Shown: one piece after another, positions 24,898 to 37,718 of the stretch
Position numbering within the stretch: the stretch's first letter is position 1
Layout: each line of letters starts with the position of its first letter
Source of the DNA: Squalus acanthias
Lineage: Eukaryota
Reading direction: 5' to 3'
Assembly: GCA_030390025.1 (NCBI GenBank)
Contig: CM059432.1
Location: 106,456,001 to 106,520,000 of the forward strand
Length of the DNA stretch: 64,000 nucleotides
Translations under genes and position numbers: made by a program
The notes under the pieces: model-generated
The model's input: only the letters and a program-made list of their open reading frames with translations
What the model was told of the DNA's origin: nothing
Databases searched by the model: none

Positions 24898-25112
24898 GTA
24901 GGTGGATTCTGTTTGTCTGAGATGGAGCAATACTTGGGGGGCCTATATTTGGAATGCTGGTAATCTTTATGCCCATTTATTGCCTTGCAGGAAATGAGTC
25001 TGAGTGTTGAAGCTGCTTTGTTGATGCCAGTACTCAAATCTTGTATAGTTCTTGGGTGGTAAATATTCTATACTGATGGACTTGAAGACAGCAAGTCAAG
25101 TATTTTTTGATA

Positions 25113-25205
25113 AATAAAAACAGAAAATGTTGGAAATGCTCAGCAGGTCAGGCAGCATCTGTAGAGAGAGAAACAGAGTTAACGTTTCAGATCAATGACC
25201 TTTCG
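25113..25205 (-). mobile_element. Penelope-like terminal-repeat fragment
   Basis: aaaacagaaaatgttggaaatgctcagcaggtcaggcagcatctg...gttaacgtttcag; ends inside the hammerhead core. Confidence 0.8.
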
Positions 25206-25789
25206 TGAATGTGCCTCAGTTTTTGTGGGTTTCATTAACTGTAGTGAGTGCAATAGATGGAGCATCTGAGAAGTGTATCACATCTCGACTCTGGGTCAAG
25301 TGCCTCATCTGCTGCTTATTTAAGTCTTTCAGTGATGATTGTCTCATTCTGCTGTTGTCCATTTAAGATGTTTTATCAGAATATATGCAGCACCCTTAGC
25401 TGAGCATTAAGACATTTCAGACAGTTATTTGGTTAAGTGTCGACAAAAATATAAACGGGGATTATTGTCGGGGAGCCCGGCAGCGGGGAAAACCCGGCAA
25501 AGCCAGGGATGTGGAGGCCCTGCTGATCTAAATGGCAGAGCCTCATTTAAATAACTTTCTGCAGTCTCTCGCCTGACAACTGACAAAATTGACAGCCTGG
25601 CCGGTGGGTGGGAGCACAAGCAAGCGGCAGGAGGCCACAGCTGGGGACCTGTGGGGACAGTCCTCGGCACTCAGTGGAGGCTGAAGGCTCCTGGCTACGA
25701 TCAGAGCTGGGGGGAGGGGGGTGTGGAGCAGTGTGTAGAGGGGGTGGGGGGGCGGGAAACAAGGATATCTGGGCCACCATCAGGAGGGG

Positions 25790-26400
25790 GCGGCAGGGGC
25801 CAGGACATCGGGGAGGCGGGCAGGGGCCAGGACATCGGAGAGGGGCCAGGACATTGGGGAGGGGGAGGGGCCAGGACATCGGGGAGGGGGAGGCGGGCAG
25901 GGGCCAGGACATCGGGGCGGGGCCAGGACATTGGGGAGGGGGAGGCGGGCAGGGGCCAGGACATCGGGGAGGCGGGCAGGGGCCAGGACATCGGGGAGGG
26001 GGAGGGGGAGGCAGGGGCCAGGACATTGGGGAGGGGGAGGCGGGCAGGGGCCAGGACATCGGGGAGGGGGGAGGCAGGGGCCAGTACATCGGGGAGGGGG
26101 AGGCAGGCAGGGGCCAGTACATCGGGGAGGGGGAGGCAGGCAGGGGCCAGGACATCGGGGAGGGGGAGGCAGGCAGGGGCCAGTACATCGGGGAGGGGGA
26201 GGCAGGCAGGGGCCAGGGGCCAGTACATCGGGGAGGGGGAGGCAGGCAGGGGCCAGGGGCCAGGACATCGGGGAGGGGGAGGCAGGGGCCAGTACATCGG
26301 GGAGGGGGAGGCAGGCAGGGGCCAGTACATCGGGGAGGGGGAGGCAGGCAGGGGCCAGTACATCGGGGAGGGGGAGGCAGGCAGGGGCCAGGACATCGGG
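25790..26400. repeat. G-rich minisatellite, about 20 variant units of a 33-bp consensus GGGGCCAGKACATCGGGGAGGGGGAGGCRGGCA
   Basis: Directly visible tandem array; gives 11-aa periodic ORFs in the ORF track; lies in a GC-rich, MITE-like segment of about 25457-26820. Confidence 0.95.
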
Positions 26401-29400
26401 GCTGTGGTCGGCCGAGGTGGGTGCGGGCAGGACATTGGGGCTGGGGGAGGCTGAAGGCTTCCTTGAGGACTGGAGGGAGCACTCCTGCTCCTCCTGGCCC
26501 TCGGACTGCTAAAAGGCACTGATCTGCAGCACTTGCCATGGCCAGTCGACATCTCCCGCCTCTGATCAGACGGGCGTCCCTTAGCGTGGGCACATCCCTC
26601 GCTTACTGGTGTCATTGGATTGCTACTTTTGAATGTTAATTAGGGCCCTGCCTGCCTTTTGCAGGAGCGTCATCGATGGCCCGATACGTGTTCGTTAAAT
26701 ATTATACCGGTGGGAATGGGTTCGGGTTGCTCGATCCTGATATTTTAAACCACCCCCCACCTGACCCTCACTTGCCCATCGGGGTGGCGGGTGGGGGGAA
26801 GGAGAGTGGCTCGAGGCCTAAGTATCTGAAGTTTTGCTTACTAATTGGTTGTCAGCTTGTTGACATTGGAAACTGTAAAATGCCTTCCCCACAAAGAAGT
26901 GCTTGAGTTGTCATTTTGCAAGTGACTAATAAGAATATAATCTATTGCTAAATGAAAGATATTGAGGCTTGTAATGTGTCTGCCATGACTAGCTGTAAGG
27001 ATTTCTCTATTTGGCATCTAGTGTTTGGTGAAAAATGTTCTGATTCTGTGGCAGTAGGTAGTGACTATTGATTGGAACGTCAGTTTAAAAATTATAATAT
27101 TTGTTGTAGGCTGCCATTTACTTTGTGAATGAGTAGGATTTCATCAATTTGTCCATATTCCATGTCATAGTAACAAGTGAAATTGTTGCTCACAGGATAG
27201 AAATAGACCAAAACAGGACAGCAAAGAAATGAACCACAGTTAACAGGCTACTCCCGCATCTCTGCTCATTAGAGTTGGACATGTTTTAGCACATTTAATT
27301 GTCTTATTTGTATAAATAAGCCCAAAGTCAAATGACTAATTATGGTTTCTACGGTAACGACAGCATGTTTATCTGATTTCTGTCCCTCAATTAATTCCCT
27401 GCATCTCACCTATAATCTCATTTTTCTTTTGGGCAAACATTGCAGATAGTTGGTTACTATTTAATTATTTGTATAACAATTGCTGTGACTTTGTCCAGTG
27501 ATTCTCAAATGCATCTGCTTTCATTGCTTAGTCAGTATTTGTGACTCCTCGGAAAATATTTTAAAAAACTCTTCCCCCCCCCCCCTCAATTTCTGTTCCT
27601 ATGGCATTGACTGACTGATGCGACATAAATGTTCATCAGGTGCCTTCCGATATCCCTCGGGTGGCCATTGTTCACATCTGAGCCGAAGCACTGTATGTCA
27701 GCAGGCTTTTCAACTGTTAGTGTCACGACTGAGCCTACTACCCTTGCCCTACATGTGTGTTTCTAATGCAAGACCATTTTCTTCCCCTTCCTAATCGAGC
27801 AGTGCTGTCAGCAATGGTAGCGCTCCTTACTGCTGCTGTGACTGCTATCGGCTAACCGGACAGAGCCAGAACTGAACCTGCCGTCTTTCCGGCCTGTATG
27901 ACGGCCACTTACTGCCTTAACGATTTGGCGAATCTTAATATTTTTGTATTCGTCCCAAAATGAACACTTCCTTTGTTCACTTGAATAGTTTGATCATAGA
28001 CGGTAAAGAAAAATGAGGTTGTCAAATTGTTGCCTTTTTTCACTCTCCCAGTTACATCACTGCTTAACTGGTGCGACTTGATGTTGAGTAATTTATACAA
28101 ACATGCTAGTTGTCACCATTTCCCTTCCGCTATCCTGTCTACTGCTTCAACTCTGGTTGGATCCAACCTCCTGAACTTGGGCTGCATTTTAGAAAAAGGG
28201 ATGTCCAGTAAATTTGAAAGCTGAGGTCACTGCTTCTGTTGCAAACATGAGGTGACGTTTTCCCAATCAGTTTAAATGCAAACATGCATAGCAGTCCCAT
28301 CCATTTTTATGTTCTGATGGTATCCTCAACATTCAATCGAGATACACGTCAGAGAAAGATGTTTATTTTGTGATGTATACGAAGTGGCAGGAATCCAAGG
28401 AGCAATGAACTCTTTGAAGACACTTTAAAACCACTGGCGTGTAGTTGACTGTAGAATCTTCCTGTCACTTGCAGTCCATGGTGCAAACCAGCCGACTAAC
28501 AAACTATCAAAGATCCATGAAAAAGTGGCTATATGAAATGCCATCAGGTTACGTGTTCAAGTCATTGTGGGGAGCCAGTCTGGACTCTGTACCACAACAG
28601 GGCTCCACTTCTAACCCTGAGACTGACTCGTCATTGTGGAGTATAAAAAGGGGGAGCATGAGGCATATAATTTGCTCTTCCAAAACTAGATCAGAGAACC
28701 TGTAAAAGAATAAAAGTGGTTACAGACTGTGTTCAAGTACAGGATGGATTAGTTATATCAATAAAATGATCACAATGGTGTTATCAATATAATTCGAATG
28801 GAGATTACACCCGGAGGAGTGTGACGGTGCCATCAGTGAGATAATAGTGTGATGTACTTAGAGTAAATAGTGTTTCTTTTTGTCAAAGGTGGGCTTCTTT
28901 CAGTGTTTTGTCCTGGAAATGATTTTGTTGTAGTCTTGTCTCAATATTTTGAATTCTATTCTTATTTTAGCTATATTATCTGAGAATTTCAGTCTAGTCT
29001 TTTATTCCCATATTTATTGCATTTTAGTTGGGCGATGGCAGGGTGTTTAAGCAAAAATGGAACATTTTCTTTTCTATTTTCTGTTTCAAAAGCTGTCATT
29101 GTTTCATTTGTCATTTCTCACAGAACTTACAAGGCCATATTAAATGTTGAAATAATAATCTGGTATCAGACTAGCAAGTAAAACTTTATCCATCTGTTCC
29201 AAAAGTTGGGAACTGCTGGCCTGTGTATTAGTCTAGGAAGTAAGTTTAGTTTTACTCTTCTCTGTTTTGAACTTTGTTCTTCATTCTAAATCTTAAGAAA
29301 TGTAGTCCTATTTTTGTCTTAGTTGGTGAAAATACAGTAAGTTTCATTTAACTATTTTCATTTTTTTGTCGTGAAAGAAAGTGGAAAGCATTTTCCGTAG

Positions 29401-30100
29401 TGTTGTGCAGCTCAACATGAGTGGGGTAGTTATGCTTTCAGATTGTGTTTGGCTTTACATAGTAATTAGGAGACGTGGATTTGAATTCCGGGCTGATGTC
29501 CTGTGCTTTTTAAATTGTCCTTTTTCTTTTTCCTCCTTTCTGTGCCCCCTCTCAAAATTCCACTTAAATGCTGTTAACAGTACAAGCAAAGGTGAGGAAA
29601 ATTAGCAGGGATCTGTCTTTGGAAATTCCTGCATGCAATGTCTGCAGTTGCCTGTTCTTTAAAAAACTTGGGTGCAATGTATGAGGTCCAGTGGCTGTGC
29701 ATGGAATAAATAAATCAAAGCTTTACTATATTTGTGCTTTTATTTTTTAAATGATTATTTTCTTGAATTTGAAAATCATTTCGTCATACATTTCCTTCAC
29801 CTATGCAGAGCTTCCATGCAGGTTTTCTAAGCCAAAAACAAACTTGAAGTCATGAACTTGTCTCCCTTATAGTAGTTGCCACACCAACTCATGGATTAAG
29901 TGTATCACCGTATTCAAGAACAATTCATTGTGAAATCCTGAAAGATCTTTTATGTGATTGAGTTTTGGCTTAGATTCAAGAGCATTGATGCTGCATCCCT
30001 ATTTGTGGATTCCTGTTTTTTTCTCTCCAGGGTCAGTCGCTGTTTATATAGGTAGAACTATTCTAAGTCAAGGGCTGTATTTGTATCTTTGCCATGATAG

Positions 30101-30279
30101 GTTGATGAGCACTGAGAACTTGCTGATGCAGACGCGGGAGGAGGAAGGAATGAAATACCAGCGTGCTTTTGTAGCATGTGAATTTATCGACTGGCTGATA
30201 CAAGAAGGAGAAGTTGCCCTAAGAAGTGAAGGGGAACAGCTCTGCTGTAGGCTGCTGGAACATGGCATTATTCAACATG
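30101..30279 (+). CDS. DEPTOR: DEPTOR coding exon 4 (second DEP domain)
   Basis: gatag| acceptor and |gtgag donor; 179 bp encoding LMSTENLLMQTREEEGMKYQRAFVACEFIDWLIQEGEVALRSEGEQLCCRLLEHGIIQH. Confidence 0.97.
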
Positions 30280-30360
30280 GTGAGAAATTGATTACTTTTT
30301 GAAGTGCAATGTAAAGTGGTTCTTCCCCAATTAAATATATATTAAAATTACATTTCTTTC

Positions 30361-30538
30361 TTTTTATTCGTTCCTAGGATGTGGGCATCGCTGGCAAAGC
30401 CAGTATTTATTGCCCATCCCTAATTGCCCTCGAGAAGGTGGTGGTGAGCCGCCTTCTTGAACCGCTGCAGTCCGTGTGGTGAGGGTACTCCCACAGTGCT
30501 GTTAGGAAGGGGGCTCCAGGATTTTGACACAGCAACGA
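30361..30538 (-). mobile_element. 3' tail fragment of the 7850-11300 LINE family
   Basis: Reverse complement of 11120-11300. Confidence 0.85.
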
Positions 30539-32671
30539 GTTGAGTTTATTTTTGTTTAGGAGACATTTGTTTCGAATAAATTATTGTCATTATTTGTACT
30601 TGACAGTAATTTAATTCCAGTCAAACCAATTTCAGCATCAGGTGCAATGTTCCCTTTAAGCAGCCGCGCAGCGCTCTGGAGGTACTGCGCAGCCAGTGAG
30701 CCTGCTTTTAAATTGGAAAAACCGCGCATGCGCGGAATTTTGAATGGGCCGTGCGCCCCCAAAAAATATTACAGGTGTATAAAATTATTGCCAAAAGCTT
30801 CCAATGTATTACAAAATCCTTTGCTCAGCTTTGCAAGTCTGAAATGTTTTCTACCAGTCACCTGCAGAGGCGTGTGTCAGCATGTCTTGTAGATGATGAT
30901 TCAGTGGCAATGCCTCAGCAAGTCTCGTATTACACCACTAAAGACTTAGTGGCTGTAAATGGGCACCTTCATGTAATAAAACACACCCTGTTACTTTGCA
31001 ATATTGTGCAACTAATCAGATGATCATACGAAGATCATCTCCAGGGCACTCTGTTGCAGGGCTGCAAGTGGAAAAAAATACTTGAGTTAAAAATAAAAGA
31101 AAAGGGATTTTAAATGTGGGTAAAGGACACAAATGCACACCTATTGGAGTCACTAGATAATTGCCCAGAATGACTGCAAGCTGGCAGCGTTCACTGTCAT
31201 TCCGCCTTTGATACTGACCGCAACTTCGGGATTTGGCGCATGCGCAAGCACATGCAGAAATCCTAGTTGCGGACTGTCAATTACCACTCTGAAACTGGCT
31301 GCGCTGTGCCCCTGCCCCTACCCCCGCCTCCCCCCCCCCCCCCCCCCGCAGAGCCGGCAATCAACATAATCTCTCAAATCAGGGAAACTGACGAAAACTT
31401 CGGTTCTTCTGCAGTAATTACGCTGCTAAATTCCCCACTAAAGGTTAGACCCAAAGGGATTGGGTGTAATGGGGTTTAACAGTGTATTGACTGCTAAACA
31501 AAAGTTAAGGGCCTGGAAAACTAATTTTAATTTTGTACAGTGTTAAATTTGTCCATTTTATTAAGGTTAAAGTTTGTCCATTTTTATTTCAGGGTTGCCT
31601 TTTCCCCATGTGAGAGCCCCAATCTTTCTTTTGCTCTCTAACTATTTTAAAAAGTTAGAATTTTAAGAGCTTACTCACTTCCTTGTTCTGTCTGAGAATT
31701 CAGCCTTTTGATTGGCTGCTTAGACAGCCTGATGACATCACAGTAGTTCGCACAAGGCGATTCCCACTACAGTCCATTGAATTGAAGGTCGGAAAACCCA
31801 AATTTCTCGACACTGATTGCAAGATCCTTGTGCAGAGCGTACTTCGGGGCCAGCAACGAACGCCTTCACTGAATTGTAACACCAACACTGCCATACTGGC
31901 TGAAATTAGGTTTCTGTTTGGTTTAGTGGATGATAGACTACAGATGACTTCTGTTCCCATAAGTGGTTGTGCTCATGATTGAAGATATTGAGAACACTGC
32001 CCTTCAATGGTGTACTGTATTTATAATCTTCATGTGATTTTATTATTGAACATTTTGATGTTTTAACTAAGTTTTTAACTTAAAGCTATTACAAGTTTAG
32101 AGGGCACAATTTATTACTTTTGTCACATCTCTGCAGCTTGAAAATCTCCTAAGCAAGGGTTAAGTTTTAAAATTGCACGGTTATTCGGCCTGATTTTACC
32201 TGTTTCACCATGAGTCACAGAGCTAATTAATATGCAATATTCAGCTTGGTGTCTCTATATTCACTGTAGACAACTTTCTGTATTTGCTCTTGGGATGCGG
32301 CTGGCAGCGCAGTATTTATTGCCCTCTGCTTCTGTTCTGTACAACCAATTCTCAGGAGTTTACTGTGCTAGTAAGTGTCTGAAATCTGAAGAGCTGTTTT
32401 GTGTCCTTCCTCAGTTACTGGACAGGCTGTTTCTCAGGGAAATGCTGCCAGTAATGCCCACTGAGGTGCCAATTGTAGGAAAATTCTCTTCTCTGCAGGT
32501 GCCAGATTTCCTAAGTGTCCAACATTGTTATTAATATGTAACTTTCCCGGTTGATCTACTGAAATGCCTATTAAGTGTCAGTGTAAGATTTTGGTTTCCT
32601 TCAGACGCATCAAGCATTGGCCAAATCCATATTCTTTACAACGTTTCCATGGAATTGGATTCAGTTCTTGT

Positions 32672-33415
32672 GGGCTGGATTTTGTCTTGGGGTCGGGTTG
32701 GGGTCGTGTTACCCACATTTCGTGTTGCCCTCCCCCGACTCCAGATTAATGTGGATGAATGATGCAATTTTCACTTAATTGGCTAATTGAGTTCCAGCAT
32801 GTGGGAACCCATGAACCAGTTAGTGGTTTCAGTCTGAAAGTCGCCTCTGATGATGTCATCATTGCAGGTCAGAGACTGCCTGCCTGCCTGGTCTCAGAGA
32901 CTGCCTGGCTTTTGGTGTGAGAGGACCTGGATGCAAAATATGAGAGAGAGAGAATTTTTTTTGCATCCAGGTCCTCTCCCAGCAAAGGCCAGGCAGTTTC
33001 TGAAGACATTCAATGCAGCAGCATCAGAGGCGACTTTCAGACCTAATACTACTACTACCTTCATCACATCTCCGTTGTAATAGTGGACCTGCAGCCGATA
33101 GTCAGCTATCCACTTGTGCTCCCGCCAGGTTTCACTGGAGTGTTTCACATCAGGCGTACTTCATGTCGGAAAAGGGTTAAACTAGATAAAACGTTTCAAA
33201 ATGGCATTACAGAGCCAATTTAGGGATAGATAAGAGCGTTAATGGCCTCTCGCGCCTCTTGGAGGCGGGACAGAGTCGGGAACCCCGCGACCCATTTTGT
33301 CAAAATTGCGTGGAGGCGTGTTGGAGTCGGGATGGGGTCGGGACACCCGAATCTGCTACTTTAACCCCCCACATGCCTCCAAACCCGACTCCACGGGTCA
33401 TTCAAAATCCAGCCC
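32672..33415. mobile_element. Harbinger-type MITE, copy 1
   Basis: Perfect 13-bp TIR GGGCTGGATTTTG/CAAAATCCAGCCC; internal sequence colinear with 50676-51359; TSD not preserved. Confidence 0.85.
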
Positions 33416-34568
33416 TTAGTCTTTGTGTGCTTTTAGTGACTCTATTCGTCTGGTGTGTGTTGTTAGGGGTGGAGGTGGGGGGGCGGGGGGGTGGTGTGCA
33501 GAATGGTTGATATTTCTTTTTTTGCCAATTTTCTCCCTCCGTCCTCCCCTTAGTGTTGACTTTTGCTGTTTCCATGGGTACCATCCCAGTAACTCCCAAG
33601 GGCACATTCTTCACGTTTGTGTCCTGACAGTGTGTCAGCTGGCTGTTCAATCGTGGAGTGTTTCACAGGCAGGCCTGACATTTTGTCCTTGTGTGACAGG
33701 ACTTGGCTGCTGGATAGTGAGCAGGAGACCTGGCTGTTTTCCTCCCGCCAGCACAAAGGCCAATTATAACACCCTACCACTGTCTATCCCTGATCAATTC
33801 AGACTGCAAGAGTCCTATTTTCTAACCAACTTCCCCTTGTCTTGGAATAGAAAGGACTTTTTCTCTTTCATTGTTCCTCCTTTTCTTCTCCCCCAGCCCC
33901 AAACCATTCAAAGAAGACGATTCAAGTTTTAATCCAATCATTCACCAAGCCAGAGAGTTTAACAGGAATATTAAACCATGGCACAAGGAGAAGGAATTTG
34001 GCATGAGTTGTCAGATTAGTTATCTCTGAAATTATGATCAAATGCCCTTCTCTCCAGAACACGGATTATAGTGGGCAGAAGTCCAGTTTCTGTTTTTTAA
34101 AGCAGGCTAATTAAAATTTTTCAACCGCTGTCGTATAATTAAAAAAAAATGATTCCAATATTTTTTTTCCATGCACTATATTTGACTATTTTTAACCAGG
34201 ATTCGGGGGGGGGGGGGGGAAGCACATGGGAGGTGAAAAAAGGCTTTTTATTAAATCAATTTTAAAATCATCAAAGGGACTTATGCGTTAGGTTCAGATT
34301 TGTCTATATTGCCTTGGACAGTGGAAAATCTGCCAGAATTTGCTGTCCATGCTCACATAATTGGTGATTTATGCGGTTACCAGAGAGCAACATGTGCCCA
34401 GGAAGCTAACTCCTGCCTGGACAAATGCATTTTAGGAGATGGGGGAGGTGAAAAAAGGCTTTTTATTAAATCAATTTTAAAATCATCGAAGGGACATTTG
34501 CAGAAAATGTTAAATAAATTGTTTGATTTTAATGAGCCCAATAACAGTCCAACAACAACAACACTATT

Positions 34569-36172
34569 ACAAAAGCAAAATACTGCGGATGCTGGAAATC
34601 TGAAATAAAAACAGAAAATGCTGGAAATACTCAACAGCTCAGGCAGCATCTGTAGAGAGAGAAACAGAGTTAACGTTTCAGGTCGATGACCCTTCGTCAG
34701 AACTGGAAAAAGTTGGAGATGGAACAGGTTTATAAGCAAGTGTAGGGGCAGGGAGAGAGGGGAGGGGAGGAAAGAACAAAAGGGAAGGTCTGTGATAGGA
34801 TGGAAGGCAGGAGAGATTAAGACACAAAAGGGATGATGGTGCAAGGCAAAAGGAGATGGTAATGGGACAAGTTAAGAAACAAAAGATGGCTCAAGATGAA
34901 GTGTAAATGGCGATGGCAGAATGAAAGACAGCTGCCATGTGAGAGAGAAAGAAAATGAAAAAAGATAGGGGCAGCGGTTATGGTCTGAAATTGTTGAACT
35001 CGATGTTGAGTCCAGAAGGCTGTAAAGTGCCTAATCGAAAGATGAGGTGCTGTTCCTCGAGCTTACGTTGAGCTTCATTGGAATAGTGTAAGAGGCCGAG
35101 GTCGGAGTGGAGTGGAGAATTAAAGTGACAGGCGACTGGAAGCTCGGGGTCACCCTTACGGACTCAACGGAGGTGTTCCGCAAAGCGGTCACCCAATATG
35201 CGTTTGGTCTCCCCAATGTAGAGGAGACCACATCGTGAGCAGCGAATACAGTATACTAAATTGCCAGAAGTACAAGTAAATCGCTGTTTCACCTGGAAGG
35301 AGTGTTTGGGGCCCTGGACAGTGGGGAGGGAGGAGGTAAAAGGGCAGGTGTTACATCTCCTGCGCTTGCACGGGAAGGTGCCGTGGGAAAGTGATAGACG
35401 AGTGGACCAGGGTGTCGCGGAGGGAGCGGTCCCTTCGGAATGCTGAAAGGGGAGGTGAGGGGAAGATGTGTTTGGTGGTGGGATCACGCTGAAGGTGGCG
35501 GAAATGGCGGAGGATGATCCGTTGAATGTGGAGGCTGGTGGAGTGAAAGGTGAGGACAAGGGGAACCCTATCATGGTTCTGGGAGGGAGGGAGGGGAAGG
35601 GGTGAGAGCAGAACTGCGGGAAATAGAATGGACACGGTCAAGGGCCGTGTCAACCACAGTAGAGGGGAATCTTCGGTTGAGAAAAAAGGAGCACATGTCG
35701 GAAGCACTAGTATGGAAGGTGGCATCGTCGGAGCGGAGGCGGAGAAACTGGGAGAATGGAATAGAGTCCTTACAGGAAGCGGGGTGGGAGGAAGTGTAGT
35801 CAAGGTAGCTGTGGGAGTCGGTGTGTTTATAGTGAATGTTTGTCAATAGCCTATCCCCAGAGATAGAGACAGAGAAGTCGAGGAAGGGAAGAGTCGGAGA
35901 TGGACCATGTGAAGGTGAGGGAAGGGTGGAAATTGGAAGCGAAGTGAGTGAAATTGTCTAGTTCAGGGCGAGAGCAGGAAACAGCACCGATACAGTCATC
36001 AATGTACCGGAAAAAGAGGGGAGGGAGGGGACTTGAGTAGGACTGGAACAAAGAATGTTCCACATATCCCACGAAAAGGCAGGCATAGCTAGGACCCATA
36101 TGGGTTCCCATAGCAACACCTTTAATTTGGAGGAAGTGAGTGGAGTCAAAGGAGAAGTTGTTCAATGTGAGG
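34569..36172 (-). mobile_element. Penelope-like element (Neptune type), 5'-truncated
   Basis: RT motifs QIKGVAMG and FRYIDD; linker CKRRRCNTC; GIY-YIG LVYCIRCSRCGLLYIGET; terminal repeat with hammerhead motif; appears inserted in the (CAA)n tail of an L2. Confidence 0.93.
34668..34704 (-). ncRNA. Minimal type I hammerhead ribozyme motif in Penelope terminal repeat (antisense to DEPTOR)
   Basis: Minus strand reads AGTT-CTGACGA-A-GGGTC-ATC-GACCT-GAAAC-GTT-AACT. Confidence 0.75.
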
Positions 36173-36174
36173 AC

Positions 36175-37030
36175 AACCATGTTGCATTTATATAGCGCCT
36201 TTAACATAGTAAAATGTCCCAAGGCGCTTAACAGGAGCGTTATCAAACACAATTTGACACTGAGCCACATAATGAGATATTAGGTGACCAAAAGCTTGGA
36301 CAAAGGTAGGTTTTGAGGTGTGTCTTAAAGAAGGAGAGAGAGGCGGAGTGGTTTAGGGAGGGAATTCCAGAGCTTCGGGCCTAGGCACGGGCGCCAAAGG
36401 TGGAGCGATTAAAATCGGGGATGTACAGGAGGCCGGAATTGGAGCAGCACAGAGATCTTGAAGGCTTAAAGAGCTGGAGCAGGCTACAGAGATGGGGAGG
36501 GGCGAGGCCATGGAGGGATTTAAAAACACGAATGAAAATTTTAAAATTGATGTTTTGCCGTACTGGGTGCTAATGTAGGTCAATGAGCACAGGGGTGATG
36601 GGTGAACGGGACTTCATGCGAGTTAGGATACAGGCAGCAGAGTCTTTGATGAGCTCAAGTTTATGGAGGGTGGAAGATGAGAGGCCAGCCACGAGAGCGT
36701 TGGTATAGTCAAGTCGAGACATAAAAGACATGGACAAGGGTTTCAGCAGCAGATGAGTTGAGGCAGGGGCGGAGCTGGGCGATATTCCGGAGGTGGAAGT
36801 AGGCGGTTTTGGTGATGGAGCGTATATGTGGTCAGAAGCTTATCTGTGTCAAATAGGACACCAAGTTTGCGAAAGGTCTGGTTCAGCCTCCGACAGTTGC
36901 CAGGGAGAGGGATGGAGTCGCTGGCTAAGGAACGGAGTTTGTGGCGGGGACCAAAGACAATGGCTTTGGTCTTTCCAATATTTAGCTGTAGGAAATTTCT
37001 TCTCATCATCCAGTACTGGATGTTGGACAA
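36175..37030 (-). mobile_element. L2-type LINE 3' fragment
   Basis: Frame NFLQLNIGKTKAIVFG; tail gttgcatttatatagcgcc. Confidence 0.85.
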
Positions 37031-37535
37031 GCAGTGTCCATTTTGAAATATGCTTTTATGTGTATGTACATTTATAAACGCTGGTGTTTTCAACCTAGCA
37101 GAAAGTAATGATTAGGTATTGATTTCATTTTTAATACACCAGCCTTTATGTAATCTAGGAATGGGATGTTCCAGCATTTAGTCACAGTTGCAAAGTGTGT
37201 CTGTAAACTGTGTGTACTTGAAACACTTACACAGTCACATGCAATAGCAGAAATGAGGGTTATAATTACCTGGAATTGTCCAAATTTTACCAAGAAATTT
37301 CTGTAATAATGAAGTTCAGTCTAGAACTAATGAATAACTAAAGCAGCTTTTACCAAAACAGTCATTTTAGTATTTTTCCCCTATTGTGCTTTAGTGGCTT
37401 TTGCTGTGTATCAGCTGTCCATTCAGAGTTCAGTTCCTGTTGTGTTGCTTTGACAAACAGCCTGTGTGGTATCAGTGAAATTAACTCTCTCTGTTTCACC
37501 AGTCGTATTATCCTCTCCCATTATTCTGCACACAG

Positions 37536-37718
37536 TGGCCAACAAACACCACTTTGTGGATGGTAACCTCTTGTACCAGTTCCGCATGAACTTTCGCAGA
37601 AGGCGACGGCTGGTCGAGCTGCTGAATGAGAACGTGCCCTTGGTGCCTGACAGCCATGAGAGCCCTTTTTGCTTACGCAAGCAGAATTCTGACAACACTA
37701 ACACCAGCTTCCTCTCAG
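37536..37718 (+). CDS. DEPTOR: DEPTOR coding exon 5 (end of DEP2, start of linker)
   Basis: cacag| acceptor and |gtaaaa donor; 183 bp, phase 1-1, encoding (V)ANKHHFVDGNLLYQFRMNFRRRRRLVELLNENVPLVPDSHESPFCLRKQNSDNTNTSFLS. Confidence 0.96.

Noticed and set aside
24641..24901. Standalone small genes from ORF-track entries overlapping exons (also 29958-30302, 37466-37729, 40931-41149)
   Set aside because: These are DEPTOR exons read through into flanking intron sequence; splice sites define the real boundaries
25790..26400. Possible CRISPR-like array
   Set aside because: Units are tandem variants without unique spacers, there are no cas genes, and the context is a vertebrate intron
25547..26615. 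Long Pro/Gly-rich ORFs in several frames
   Set aside because: They arise from a stop-free G-rich minisatellite; open on both strands, with no splice or domain support
27345..27358. RFX X-box-like motif GTTTCTACGGTAAC
   Set aside because: A single degenerate motif in 64 kb is plausible by chance, and no conservation data are available
31140..31920. CpG-containing segment resembling another DNA-transposon derivative
   Set aside because: No convincing TIR pair or TSD could be identified
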